DNA of 64,000 nt from Geosiphon pyriformis uo1 (GCA_016748015.1 JAAOMT010000697.1:129424-193423); one strand, 5' to 3'; positions 50,722 to 64,000 are shown, numbered from the stretch's first letter. Notes: generated from the letters alone by a model not told the origin. A program made the numbers and translations.

Positions 50722-53700
50722 CCATGCATGTTGACTAGGCTAATTCAGACAAAGAAGCATGGGATATAAGAGATCATTATAGGGTGCTGCTCTACACACT
50801 GCCAATAAGAACTAATGTTCATAATATCTGGGACTTTGTTAAATCTGTAAGTAAGAAGACATGTGTCATTGATTGCCATTCAGTTATATATGCTCGGATC
50901 AAATGTGCTGTTGTTTGTTTTAATTCTGCTGAATCATTAGATGCTGTCATAGGAACTACACTAGTGCTTAGAGGCACTAATTTATGTTGGTCTAGTCTTA
51001 TATCTACTAAATGTGCCAAGTGTGGAAAGCTGGGTCATATATTATTAAACTGTACTGAGAATGGAAAGATTTCTTTTAATAGCTTATTGTGTAGAGTGCT
51101 TTCAGATGCAGATAAAAGCAGACTGGCTGCAATATATGCCAAACAATCTGCTCTGGTTGCTCGTCCTGTTTTTTTTGGTGGTCTCTTTTGGGCTAAAGTA
51201 GCTGGTGGGTTTTCTTTTCTTCCTCTCTTTGGCCAGGTTGTTTCATTAAATATTGGCTTCTCTTTGGAAATGAAGCCATTCTTACTGGTTGCAATGGAAA
51301 TCAATGATAGATTTGCTATTCTTGAACACAGTTTTGCCAGCCTTACAAAGCATGTTGATATGCTGGCTAAGAAATTAAAAGCACCTGAGCCAATGGTTTC
51401 TCAGCTTAGCCTTAAATATCAGCTGTTGGTAACCCCTTTATCACAGAATCAAGAGATGAATATAGTAATGAGTAAAAGTTTAGGTGTGGTTATTGGTAGT
51501 AAAACTGTTGTGGAAGTGGTAATTTTTGATTTTTCTGTTATTGAAAAAATAGAGGACACTTTAAAAAATCTTGTAATTATGATTATGAGCCTTTTGGCCA
51601 AAATGAACAATGCTGGTTTGGTTCTTATTGCTCTCTCTTCTCAATAATGGAGCTAGTATAGAAGTTTGCTACATGTAATGTTCAAGGTCTCAATATTTCT
51701 GTTAAGCAGGAAGACATTGTTTGTTGGCATAAAGAGTTCAGAAATATGGTATCTATTGTTATGGAAACAAAATTAAAGTCTAATATTAGGCCATAGATTA
51801 TGAACAAATTTGATGGAGTGTGCATTTTCACATCTGGCCTAAATAATGGGTTTCTTGGGGCTGGAGTGGCAATAATTATAAACAATTCTCTGGCTCGACA
51901 TGTTTTCAAGATGGAGGAGGTTTCTGGTTGTGTTATTTTGGTGTGTTTTCTTTTTAAGGACAAGATTTTGGTCTTAATTATTGGTTTGTATGCTTGTGCT
52001 TCTTCTGGTAACCAGTTTGGACAGGTGTCTGGTATTAATTTTTTCATAGCTTGGGTGGTTAACTCCAGTAGTTTTGTTGTTTTGAGTGGTAATTTCAATG
52101 AAGACAGATCTATGAAGAGTACAAGTTATAGATTTTGTTTGGGTCTAGGCTTAGTCAATTCTTTTGGTAGACATCCTTTAACTGGAGCTTCTACATGGAA
52201 CAACTTGAGAGGTGTTAAGAAAGTTATTGATTACATCTTGATTAGTGAAATCTAATCTTGGTTGTGGCCAGTCATAAGGTTAACTCTGTGTCTGAATTTT
52301 TTAATACTGATCACAAAGCTGTCTTAGTCTCAGTGGGCTTGGGTGGGCTTTTAAATGTTTGTTTGGGGGGTTTGCACAAACAGGTAAGTAAGGATTGCTG
52401 GAGATTCAAGCTGAAAGACATAAATATTGATAGGTAAAAACATTTTATGAAGTGTTCTTCAGACAAATTTTTGAAGAAGTCAGTTGGTTTTTATGCCGCA
52501 GAACATAGAATATTCTTAAAAAGATGATGATTGATTCTGCTGATGAAACATTCTCCAAACTCTGGTTCAGTAAGTTTGAAGGTGTAAGGAACAAGTTATC
52601 TTCTAGGTTTCACAGGTTGGAGTTGTTAATGTTCAAAATTGTTATTAATTTAAATTCAAGTCTGGGTTTAAAGACTGACTGCTTGGTTGGTATCTAAACA
52701 GGCATAGATAGGAAGGAGACATCCAAGATTCATATTATGATTGATAAGAGTGATAGAATTAAGAACATTTTATGTCATATTTTGGTTGTCAAGAGAGGTT
52801 ACCACAGATTTAAGTATCATGAATTTAGAGTTGTCAGGGATGATTCTATCAGGAAGGCCATGTTAAAATGCATGAAAAATTTTAGCTTAGATAAAGAATG
52901 AATGATAAGAAACATTCTAGATCAGTCTTTCAAAAAGGTGGTTCTTAATCATTTGATTGTTAATAATGAGCTTATCTTGGAGTCTCAGGCTGTCAAATCT
53001 TTAATTGATACTATTATAGAAAAGTAGACAAGAAAACATTTGGTCTCTAGTGCTCTGCTGAATCATTGGTCTGATTAATATGCTTTTTTAGATCATGTAA
53101 ATGATAATACATTTTCAGGGGTTATGTGCAATATTAGTATGGATGAACTTCTGCAGATTGTCAGAGACTTGTCAGATGGCAAGGCTGCTAGGCTTTTTGG
53201 TATTCCCAATAAACTATGGAAGCACAGTGATTCTTTGGTCCTCAATGGTTTTTTGGGCATTTTCAATAGATGTTTAAAATCTAGAAGGATTTCTATGCAA
53301 TGAAGAAACTTTTGGGTTTTCATGATTCTTAAATCTTATGATTAGAAAAGCACTCTTACCAATACTAAACCAATAGCACTAATTGAGACTGCATGGAAAA
53401 TCTTATCTAAAATTCTTTCAAACAGAATCTCTTTGGCTTGCAGCAGATTTGATGTTTTACATGGTGACAATTTTTTGGTGTTAAAGAGCATTTCTATACA
53501 ATCCTCTATTTTTGCTGTTGGCTTAATTGTCAAAGACACTTTGGAGAAAAACAGGAAGTTGTGGTTGGTTCTTTAAAACATGCATAAGGCCTATGATTCT
53601 GTTAGGTGGTCTTATTTATTCAATAATTTAGTTAGGATTAAAATGTGTTTCTACTTCATAAGCTTCTTTGGCAGCATACACAATGGTAGATTTAATCAGG

Positions 53701-56445
53701 TTATGACAAATTTTGGTTTGTTTGATGGTTATGTTGTGCATGATAGTCTGGATTAAAAGGAGGTATTTTTACCATTGCTGTGGCATATTTTCTATGACCT
53801 ATTGCTTTGTGAAGTCAAAAAACATGAACAATTGTATGACTACTGGATGTGTTTGAGATTTTACATCAAGTTCAGCAAACCTAACTCAAGTAATGACAGA
53901 ACCTTATTTTTTGCTATAGGCATCTTTGTAGATAACACAATCTGAATTGGAAATTGTTTGATAACAATGCAAAATATCTTGAATATAATCAATGAGTTTT
54001 TTCTATCAATGACATTTCAATTAATACTGAAAAGACTGTTACTATTCTATCAACCAAGGTGCTAGGAGGGCTGAACTATTCATTAGTGGTTCAAGAATTT
54101 CAATGGCTAAAAGAGGCGAGTTTTATTGTTATTTGGGAATTTTTTTGTCAACTAAAGACCTTTCTAAGCCAAGTTTAGCCAAAGCTTATGTTGATGTCAA
54201 ATTTTTTTCAAATGTGGTTTTGAAAAAAACCATTACTAAGAAACAATTTTTGTATTTGGTTTCTGCTGTTTTGCAGCTTATCATTTGTTACAGATTTCAA
54301 TTTAGCTTTGCCTTTAAGAGTGTTTGTGAGAAATAAGACAAATTATTAAGAAAGAGGCTTAAGTTCAAGGCAAATTTGCCTAAAGACTTTCCTAGTGTAA
54401 CACTGCATTATTCTGAACTGTATGGCCTGAAGTCTTTTAAACAGATGCTTTCTGAGAACTTGCTAGCCAACCTAATTAATTTTAGTAATGCTGATAAAAC
54501 TCTTAGCAGATTTTTTGAACACAGAGTGATGAATCTACAGGTTACTAGCTGGATGCCCCAGCACCCTTTCTGCTTTTCAGTCACATTACCTGTTAATCTT
54601 TTGAATTGTTTTTTGGCTGGTGCTACACGTATTTTTGTTTTGTGCAAAACCTCCTTAGGTAGTACTTTTTCTAATGTTTTTTGGGCTGAAACTGGTGTGT
54701 TAATCTTGGATATACTGGGTCTGAATGGTTATCTGGATGTAAGAACTTTTCTCAGGAAATATGGCCTTATTTTTACCAACCAACTTTTAAATTGTTATGG
54801 TGTGTGCTTCACTTGGAACATTTTTTGTAAATAGAAGAGACTTGATCCAAGAGATCCAATTCCAACCTAGTTTGTTTTTGTTACTAATTTTGTCAAAAGT
54901 AGTGGTTTGGGCAATAACATGTCTACAAAGTCTCATTTTGCTCCCACCAAATCTTCTTGTGATATTTGTTTTATGTCTGGGCATTTGTTGGCATCCTAGT
55001 GTAACTTTATTGAAATTTACACTAATAAGTCTGTTAAGAGTTTGGGATCTATTAGTGCCTATGGTAGCACTGCTGCTTATTTTCCAAAAGCCAATGCTAG
55101 CATTGGTGTGAAAATTCTTGGTTTATTATTCTTAATACTAGTAGAGCTACAAGCCATTGTTTTGGTACTGGAGTGTATACTTGTTTCTAGTACAGTTAAA
55201 TTGTTTACAGATAGTTAGACATCACTAAATGTATGTAAGTTTGATGTGGACATGTCTGGTCCTGATTTTTACCACAAATGCTGGATTGAAAAGGAGCATA
55301 TTTGTCAAGTTATTTTGAAAAAAAATCTGTCAGTCATGTAGAAGAAGATCAAAAGACATTCAGGCATTGTTGGGAACAAATGAGTGGATTTTTTTGTTGA
55401 CTCAACAGTTTGTTCTGAGTCTATATTGCCCCTAAATATGTTATATTGCTTCCTTAGAGTTGAGAACAAACCTGTTTTTAGGAATACACATTATTTTGTC
55501 AAAAGTTTATTTAATGCTGTCAATTTTGTCAGTTGAGACTCCAGGTGTGGTGCCAGCATCATTAATATTAGTGTTGCTGACAACATTGATGCACCCAAAT
55601 CATTTAATGTTTGGCACCCTAATGGTAAGATCCACTTTGATTATACCAGTTTGTTTTCAGCTTCTCTGTGGTCTTATCTTATAAAATCTCTGCATTGTTG
55701 CCTGCTGGTCACTGTAAGGAAGAGGTTATACAATCCTAGATATTCTAGTGTGGTATATATTAAGTGTGGAATAGTTGAAGACTTTGGTCACTTGTTTCTA
55801 TGTTCATATGATGACAATGCCAAAGAAACTATATTATTGTCTATTGGTAAAAAGTGGTGTAAAATAGCTGGTAGATCTATTGTGAGAAGTAAAATGGCAC
55901 AATTTTTACATAAGGCTAAGTTATCTAATAATTTGTACATGTTATTGGCCAAGGAATTTGTGTTAAAAAGTTGGGCAGCTGATGCTACCTTGTGTCTTGG
56001 CTTTACTTCTGGTGGCTGTTTGATTGTCAAGTTGGTTTGCAGTCTTATAAAGAGTTACAGATCGGATATTTGGTTGTTTGCAGCCAAATTAAGGGCCTTT
56101 TATGAGAAGCACAATCTTTTACTATGTAATGAATCTGTGGTGCCATTAGTTACTAGTTTTTTAGACTTCTGAGCTGTTAATATTGTTCGCAGTCTTGGTA
56201 TCAGGTTGAGTATTCATATGAGTTTTAGTTTGTGTTCTTGTGTTGCTAATTTGGGTTTTGGTTTTTTGAGTGATATTTCTTTAACAAATTCTATGAATAC
56301 ATAATACTGTCTTGACTGGGCTGAGTATCTGGTCACATGTAGAAAAGACATAAGCCATACTTAATTTAGAATCTTGTTTGATTTTATGTATTTAGGTAGT
56401 GGTTGGACTGCACTCATTAAATCCTTAATAAAAAAATAAAATAAA
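50722..56445 (+). mobile_element. LINE-B 3' part: ORF1 C-terminal half (CCHC knuckle), ORF2 APE-RT-RNase H-Zn finger (51647-56304), 3' UTR and poly(A)
   Basis: CAKCGKLGHILLNC; KFATCNVQGLN; FVDNTI; ELQAIVLVLEC; KRHSGIVGN; A-rich tail at 56428-56445. Confidence 0.93.
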
Positions 56446-56454
56446 ATTAATATA

Positions 56455-57650
56455 TATTTTTTTCTTTTATGTTTAAAATTCTCTAAAGAACCAATTTGAT
56501 AAAAGAAGTTTTTATTTGTTATTTTTTTTTATTTTTTTGTTTTTATTATTTCTCAAAACACAAACTTATTTATTATTACTTTGGTAAATACTATTAGTAG
56601 TATAATATTCAAAAAAAAGTTGGCTAAAAATGTTGTTTTAAAATTTAATAAATAAAAATTTGATGTAAAAATCTAAAATATTAATTGGCAAAGTAAAGTA
56701 CTTAGGTAATAAAACAAATTTAGAGTTCAAATTACTTTTATATAATATTAGTTAGTTTAAAATATAGATATTTTTTCTGATAATATAATAAAAAACTTGA
56801 CTATAAATAATATTGGCTATAATATTAGGAGTAAAAACAAAAGATTTTTAAATTTTTGCACCAATACTTTGAAAATAAAATAATTTAATTTTGAAAAAAT
56901 GGCTATCTCTTTTTTTGGTTTATGTAATTTCAGTTTTGATAATAATATTAATACTATAGACTTTTTTTTATCTTTATTAATTGGTTTTATTTTAATATTA
57001 AATACTTATATTAAAGAAAAAAAAATTTTAATTCAGCCAAATTTTTTATTCTGAATGTTAATTTTTTAACTATGTTTAACAAAAATTTAAGTAACAAATT
57101 TAAGTTCATTAAAAAAAATTTTTAATATTAACAGTTTTAAGAAAGCATTAATTTTCTTAAAATTCCAAAAAATTATTAAAGTATTATTTATATTTAAATC
57201 TAATCTTGAAATCACAAAGCAGTTGTAAAAAAAATTCCAATTAATATTAATCTAAAAAAATCAACATTAGATTAGATCAAGAAATAATAATTAAGAAAAT
57301 TTTGGTTAATTTTTTTAAATTGACAGTTGAATTAATTTTATTTAAATTTGGCAAAATTATTTTAATTAGAATACAGCTTATTAGTTTTTAACAAAAAGCC
57401 TTGATTAAATTTGAGAGTTTTAAAGTTACTGATTTGGTTATGACCAAATAGTTAATTTTGTTAAAAAAAATTTAGTACAAATTATTAAAGCCAATATTAA
57501 TAAACATATCTAAGATCTAAGAAACTGCCATTATATTCTTTTATATATTTTACCAATAAACACAATTGCCTATAATCTTTTAGGTTTAATTTAGTTTATA
57601 ATAAGAAAATATATTTTATTTTTTATAATTTAGTTTTCTATGTTTAAGCA
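56455..57650 (+). mobile_element. LINE-C: extremely AT-eroded 5' portion (5' UTR/ORF1) of a related LINE
   Basis: 5' end resembles LINE-B (...aaaagaagttttta). Residual codons SFKKALIFLKFQKIIKVLFIFKSNL align with LINE-B GFEGVFTLSKFSEIICAFFTSESSL. Confidence 0.65.
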
Positions 57651-57869
57651 TACTATTACTAATCAAAATTCAAAATATTATTTAGCATAAAATTATACTT
57701 ATAATTTTTATTATTAATTAATATATATTATTATTTTATATTATTATTTATTATCTTATTAAATTATTCAAATTATTATTCAATTAATAATTTGATTTGT
57801 ATAAAACACAAATAAAACTAAATTAATCATTCTATATTAACAAAAGCATTATATTTTTGTCTTTTTAAT

Positions 57870-58658
57870 TTTATAATCATGATTAAAACAAATAATAAAA
57901 AAGCTGTATCTGTTATTTTTCATAAAATACCTAATAGAATTTCAAACAGAAAAGTTTTTTCTGTTGTAAAAACTGCTAAACATAATATTTTGGAAGCTTT
58001 TTCCTTAAATATTAATAATAAAAAACTGTTTTTAATAATTACAAAAGCATCTTTTTTATCTTTAACTGGTTTTTTATTAGTTAAAGTTTTCTTAAAAAAA
58101 CATACTGAATTAATTCTAGTATTGTCTTTATCTCTTTAAAGAACCCAAAATTTATTAATAATAGATTAGTTAATAAACTGGTTTTTTCTTTTATAGTTTC
58201 TATACCAGATGCTGCTAGTATTTCTTCTTCAAAAAAATAGTCAAAAAAACCAAAAGTTCAAAAAAGTGAGACAGTTGCTCATTTTTGCTATTGTTATATT
58301 AAATTTTTTTGTGATTCTTAATAAAATCTTAGATAAAATTTTTATTGTATTATCTAATACATTGTTTAAAATAGACTAAGATAAACTATTAACTGTATTG
58401 TTAAATATGATATCCTTTAACAGATCATTACCAGTTTTAAAAACAAAACAATAGTTTCTTATTGAATTATTTGTTCATAAAAACTGAACTAATTAGATAA
58501 AAACCAATTCAATTTTTTTTTTGGTTTTTAGTGTTGTTTACTAATTATTAAAAATTTGCTAAATAGATTGTCTTTATTTTGGTGTTTGGTGCTATTTTTA
58601 AGATTAAATTGACTTATATTAAGACTGTTTTTCAGTCTGTACATGATTTTTTGAGTGT
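57870..58658 (+). mobile_element. LINE-D: probable ORF1 5' fragment of another LINE subfamily, cut by LTR copy 3
   Basis: Degenerate coding sequence (ORF 57879-58139; ...IFKIKLTYIKTVFQSVHDFL) ending abruptly at TGTTAC. The family call rests on resemblance only. Confidence 0.5.
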
Positions 58659-59619
58659 TGTTACTCATAGAAAAAAGTACAAAAGAAATAGTAAAAAAAG
58701 CAAATAGAAAAAATAAACCAATAAGAGAATAGTACTAAGCATGTGAGCACATTGCTGGTAAATTATGGCACATTGCTTAGCAATATAACCAATATTAGTA
58801 AATTAGGTACATTGCTCAACAATATGAGCAATTTCAGTAGATTAGAACACATTGCTTAGCAATATAAGCAATGTTAATAGATTAGGACATATTGCTCAAC
58901 AATATAAGTATTGCTTGAGAAATTATAGCACATTGTTCACAAATATGTGAGATCTCATAAAACATCAATTATGTATATATAGCAAGAGTATTAGAAACAG
59001 AAAAGACAGAATTCTCAGCTAGAATTTTTAGTGAGAACATCTAGTTAAAAGCAGTTCAAATTTATATTACATATCAATAAATTATCAATTACTACTTAAA
59101 TTCATGTTATTATTACTTAAGTAAAAAATATTAATCTTTTTTACTCTATCAATATAAAATGTTAATAGACTTCAATACTTAACCACATTAGAACAATAGT
59201 TCTTAATTATAACTATTAATAGAATATTAATTTTTATTTTATTTTATTTTTTTCTTTATTTTTATTTTTATTTTTATTTTATTTTTGTGTTGTTTGTTAA
59301 TTAATTGAAAAATTAAATATGCAGAATTATTGACATCAAAAAAGACTGGTAAAAAATCCAAAAATAAGAATAGATATTTGAAAATTAAGAATAGCTTACC
59401 AGGGGATTACTGGCCATCAAGCTGAAAAAAAAATTCAATAGAATTGCAATTCCAGAAGACTACTAACAAAACAACATTGAATCTCTGTTCATTATATAAA
59501 AGACTCAACCAAAATCTTCAGACACCAAAATTTTTAAATATTACCAATTATATCACTTTTTAAACACCAAGTTATGGATTTATTATTTGTTTTCAAATCC
59601 CAAATAATTATTTGTAACA
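58659..59619 (+). repeat. 5' LTR of copy 3 (second LTR family, ~961 bp)
   Basis: TGTTAC...GTAACA followed by tt-tagtactctctgtgag, a G-to-A mutated TGGTGCTCTC PBS. Confidence 0.8.
58748..58945 (+). repeat. Tandem ~40-bp array (20-bp subunits) in the LTR U3 region
   Basis: cacattgct-like cores at 58748, 58769, 58808, 58848, 58888 and 58929. Confidence 0.85.
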
Positions 59620-62600
59620 TTTAGTACTCTCTGTGAGATATAATCTAGCAAAGAACCAACACCAACAACAATTATCTGAAACAGTGGCAGAATCAGAAGT
59701 AACAAGAACAAACCACTTAAAATTCACAAAAGCTTTATTCCAATACTATTAATTTTATCTAGAATTAACAAGTAACTATTGGCCAACAGAATCAACTTTC
59801 AATTTCTACATTAACAAAAAAATCAAATTCTACTTAGAAGATCAAAGAGATTTGGAAGCAGCACTCACCAACTTTTATAGTGAATTACTTTAGAACACCA
59901 CACTTCCACAAAATTATTTGTTTACTTTAATAATCACAAAAATCAATAGAGAAATTGAGAAATACATCAGACAAAAATTTCCTATTATCTTTGCAGACAA
60001 AAACAAAAGAAAATTACAAACATCAGCAAGAATACCAAGAAACATACAACCACCTACTTAAAAGAAACCAAGAATAGTTTCCTCTATTTATTTATTATAC
60101 TATTATATACCAGAAAGTATCATTAACATAACATTAGCAGATGCATTCACATCAACCATGAAAACACCAACAGCAAAAATCACATTCCAAAACCAATAAA
60201 AAAAAGCCAATTTATTGGAAACTTATAACAATTACTTTGAAGAATTTAAATTGTAATTACTTATGCTATTAGAATTTTGATCACTGCCACCTCAACCCAA
60301 TTTCGGAGCTATTACTTCTTGAAAAATAACCAACTTCAAAGAAGAGGAAAACAAAGATCAAGAATTTACTTATCAACACCCAATTTTAGAAAACCCAAAA
60401 ATTCAAACCCCAATTTTTCTAACTCAGCAAATTCAGAACAATTCAAACTCTGTTCTTATTGTTTTTCAAAACTTATCTCCAGTAATTGTGATTAATCTAC
60501 TACCAGTTGTACCAATTGCTAAACCACAACAACAATCACAATCATTATAATCACTACTATCACTCTAATAACAACAATTTTAACAACAACAACCACAACT
60601 ATTATTTGCACTAATAGCCTATGCACCAATTACAAAACTTAAAAAATTTACCAACAAAGAAGATGATATACAAGTTTGGCTCAACAATATAGAAAAAGCT
60701 ATCATAGCCAATAGATAAAATGACACCAAAGCATTATAAATAATCTCATATTTTCTTTAAAATACCATCAACTCATGATATTAAAGCTTGATCCAGAAAC
60801 CCCAAAACTTTAATGTGTTCAAACTGGAATTTTTAAAATATTTTAATAACAATAATAGCATTAATTGTCTAGCAAATACTTTCACAACTATCAAACAAAG
60901 AGATACTAAAGCAATTACCACTTATCTAAAATGCTTTCATAAAAACCTGTGCCAAATACAAGCAATTAACACAAATTACTTTACAGCACCACAGATTTTA
61001 AACCAGTTCATCTGTGGATTATGCAATAGCATTCTTTAGCACATATATTTAATGCACCTACAAACACTCCAAGATGCAATTACCTATGCCCAAGATTTTG
61101 AATTGGTCAAGCTAGAAGCCAATTATGCTCAAGCTGTTAATCTAGTAATAAACAAATCATCTTACTTGAATTCCAAATTGAAACAATTCAGTAATTCAAT
61201 CAATCAGAAATTGAAAAAATACTTAGCTAACAATCAGGCAATATATCAACCTCTACAATACTGCAAAAATCCAAGAAATTTTAATTGCATTTAGCAACAG
61301 ACATGTCTATCATCATTATTAAATTAACAGTGGCAAATAAAAATGCAAAATTGCTACTATTGTGATAGATAAGGTTATCTAAAAATAGATTGCTATTTTA
61401 AAAAAAATAACTTATAATTAGAAAATCAATATCAAAATTCTGATCACAAATTTCAAATCCAAACTATGCCAATAATCAATCATTAGAACAATACTAATAT
61501 CAACTGTATTATGCTCAAGTAATCTAGCCAATTTATCAACTACTTTAGTCCCAAATTATTTATCAGTCCTAACTAAATTAGAGTCAGTAAACAACAGAAA
61601 ACAATTGGGAAAAAGTGAAAGAGGAACTCAAGGTTTTGGTTTAACTGGACGATTTACAGTTCTAGTAAACATAGTTCTTAATACACAAAATGAATCTCAC
61701 CAGATTCTTCAACTTCTTTAGCCAATTACCATTTCACCTTTTGGAGAACATCACAAAATTTACACTTGCTCAAAACCCACCACTACACAACAAATCTTTG
61801 AATCCAATGAACAAATCTGTTTGAAGCATGAAATATCAATTCCAAATGTTTATATTTCCAAAGGAATGAAAAAATTTTGAGTTATATTCTACAACCCCAA
61901 TAATTACCCTATTGTTTTATTAAACAAATTAGAAATTGGAATCATACACAGCAATATCTTTCAAGATGAAAACCCTCAAATTGTCTCTAATTTTATCAAA
62001 ATTATAAAGCACACTCTACTCCCAAATCTAAATATCATTCCCACTACTGAAAACTACTACTTGTTGGAAAAAAAACTCTCTCGAATCAATATGGGTCCCT
62101 TAGAACCTCAACAACAAAGACAATTGAAACAATTGATAACTGAATTTGCAGATATATTTGCAAAAGACAACAATGACTTGGGAAAAACAGACATTGTTCA
62201 ACATCAGATCCATACAGGAGATGCTCTACCAAAACGTCAACAAGCTTATCGAGTGCCACTTGCCAGCCACCAATTTATCAGAGAAGAGGTCCAAAAAATG
62301 CTCAATAACGGATTGATTCAACCATCAAGAAGTCCTTGGGCCTCACCAGTAGTTTTGGTTAAAAAGAAAAACGGAAAAATTAGATTCTGTGTTAATTATA
62401 AACAATTGAATAGTGTTATAATTGGAGATGCCTATCCTCTTCCAAGAATTGATGACATGCTAAATGCTTTAGGAAAAGCCAAGTTCTTCTCAACTTTAGA
62501 CTTAGAAAGTGGATACTGGCAAGTCAAAATAGACCCAAAAGATAGACCCAAAACAGCATTCACCACTCAAAGAGGAAATTATGAGTTTAATGTTATGCCT

Positions 62601-63554
62601 TTTGGACTCTGCAATGCACCAGTAACATTTCAGTGACTCATGGATGTTGTCTATGAAGGGCTCTTGTGGTAATCAGTAGTTGTTTATCTTGATGATACTG
62701 ATGTATACTCACCAAGCTTTGAAGCCCATATCATTCACCTGCGAGAAGTTTTTCAATGATTATGGAAAGCAGGATTAAAGTTAAATATTGAGAAATGTCA
62801 CTTTGGAAAAACAAGTTTGATCTTTCTTGAACACATAGTTAATAAAAATGGAATTAAACCAAATCTAGGAACAATCAATGCTGTCAAAAACTTTCAAACC
62901 CCCAGAAATATTACAGAACTAAGAGAATTTGTGGAATTAGCCTCTTACTATCAAAAATTCATAAAAAGATTCTCAGAAATTGCCAAACCACTCAATTATC
63001 TTACCAACAAAAATGTACCATACAAATGGACTGAAGAACAACAAAAAGCTTTTGAAATTCTCAAAACAAAATTGACAACAGCCCCAGTTCTTGCTTACCC
63101 AGACTTCAACAAACGATTTCAATTAGCCACTGATGCTTCACATATAGCATTTGGTGCCATCTTATCACAATTGGATGAAAATAGCCAAGAACAAGTTATT
63201 GTCTATGTCAGCAGAACACTCAAGCCAACAGAACTCAAATATGGCTCAACTGAATTAGAAGCTGCTGCAGTTATTTGGGCTCTTAAACATTTTCAACAAT
63301 ATCTGAAAAATGAAAAAGAATTTGACATAATAACAGACAACATTGGCCTCAAATGGCTCAATAAAAAGAAAACTGAACAAAGTGCCAAACAGTCTTGATG
63401 GAATGACTTCCTAGCAGACTACAGATATATTGTACACCACAAACCAGGAAAACTACATACCAATGTTAATAGCCTCTCAAGAATGAGACAAGATTAGTAC
63501 CAACAACAATTTCACCACAACTTATCAACTTACCAACAAAATAACTAAACAAGA

Positions 63555-64000
63555 ATGGATCCCAGAAACTACAGCAATCTTAAAAATTATTTGGAGACCC
63601 TTATCATGTCAGAAAACTGGTCTCCAAGTGAAAAACACCACTTACAACACCAATCAAAACAATATTTCATACACCAGAACAAAATTTATTATAAAAATCA
63701 CAGAAAACCAAACCAGCCACTCAGATTAGTACAAGAGAATGAAATAGAAACAATTTTATATAACATGCACACAGATCCGTCTTCAGCACACTTGGAAAAA
63801 AAGGAAACAATTCAAAGAACCCTTGAATATTATTTTTGGCCTTACATGCAAAAAGACATTCGACAATATGTAGAATCTTATGATAACTGCCAAAAAAGAG
63901 AAGAAACTCGCCCCACAGAACCTTTAAATCCAATCAAAGTTGGACAACCTTTTGACAGAGTTGGAATTGATTTAGTCGGACCATTACCTATCACAACCCA
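63555..64000 (+). CDS. Integrase ORF of copy 3, N-terminal part (partial)
   Basis: MDPRNYSNLKNYLETL...HLGKKETI...FDRVGIDLVGPLP; open to the window end. Confidence 0.85.
   Translation, partial: MDPRNYSNLKNYLETLIMSENWSPSEKHHLQHQSKQYFIHQNKIYYKNHRKPNQPLRLVQENEIETILYNMHTDPSSAHLEKKETIQRTLEYYFWPYMQKDIRQYVESYDNCQKREETRPTEPLNPIKVGQPFDRVGIDLVGPLPITT

Larger units (their letters stand above)
58659..64000 (+). mobile_element. LTR retrotransposon copy 3, chimeric/deleted: different LTR and gag joined at ~61580 to copy-2-like dUTPase tail, RT, RNase H and integrase; runs off the window
   Basis: LTR 58659-59619; PBS; gag remnant (AYAPITKLKKFTNKEDD, ILNQFICGL); RT ORF 62061-62636; RNase H 62817-63398; integrase ATG at 63555. 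Confidence 0.88.

Noticed and set aside
58748-58945. CRISPR-like appearance of the palindromic repeat array
   Set aside because: The intervening segments resemble each other rather than being unique spacers, the array lies inside an LTR, and there are no cas genes in this eukaryotic context
63497-63553. RNaseH-integrase spacer as a GT-AG intron
   Set aside because: Splicing it would give GAT-TAA-ATG, still a stop, and copies 1 and 2 lack the GT
26213-63933. Antisense and alternate-frame ORFs overlapping the retroelements
   Set aside because: Shadow ORFs of LINE and gag-pol frames; not conserved as open frames between copies beyond what DNA similarity explains

Overview
AT-rich eukaryotic DNA with short GT-AG introns, most likely from an early-diverging fungus (Mucoromycota/Glomeromycotina-like; inferred from MED23 plus CreA/Mig1 plus a Crinkler-type REase gene). 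The left ~25 kb is genic and CpG-containing. It holds a multi-exon MED23 gene running off the left edge, an intronless CreA/Mig1 C2H2 repressor in a ~14 kb microsatellite-rich interval bracketed by a diverged inverted non-coding duplication, an intronless TET/JBP-like 2OG-dioxygenase-fold gene lacking its Fe ligands, and an REase-type pseudogene folded into a ~630 bp inverted repeat. The right ~38 kb is a nested, transition-hypermutated retroelement cluster: RNase H-bearing LINEs, three of them interrupted in ORF1 by Ty3/Gypsy-type LTR elements. The most unusual system is the LTR element. It has a Gag-PR-[Cys-rich unknown domain]-dUTPase-RT-RNaseH ORF ending in a conserved stop, then integrase as a separate ORF behind a short CA-rich spacer whose phase differs in all three copies, then a conserved non-Env third ORF running through the PPT into the 3' LTR.
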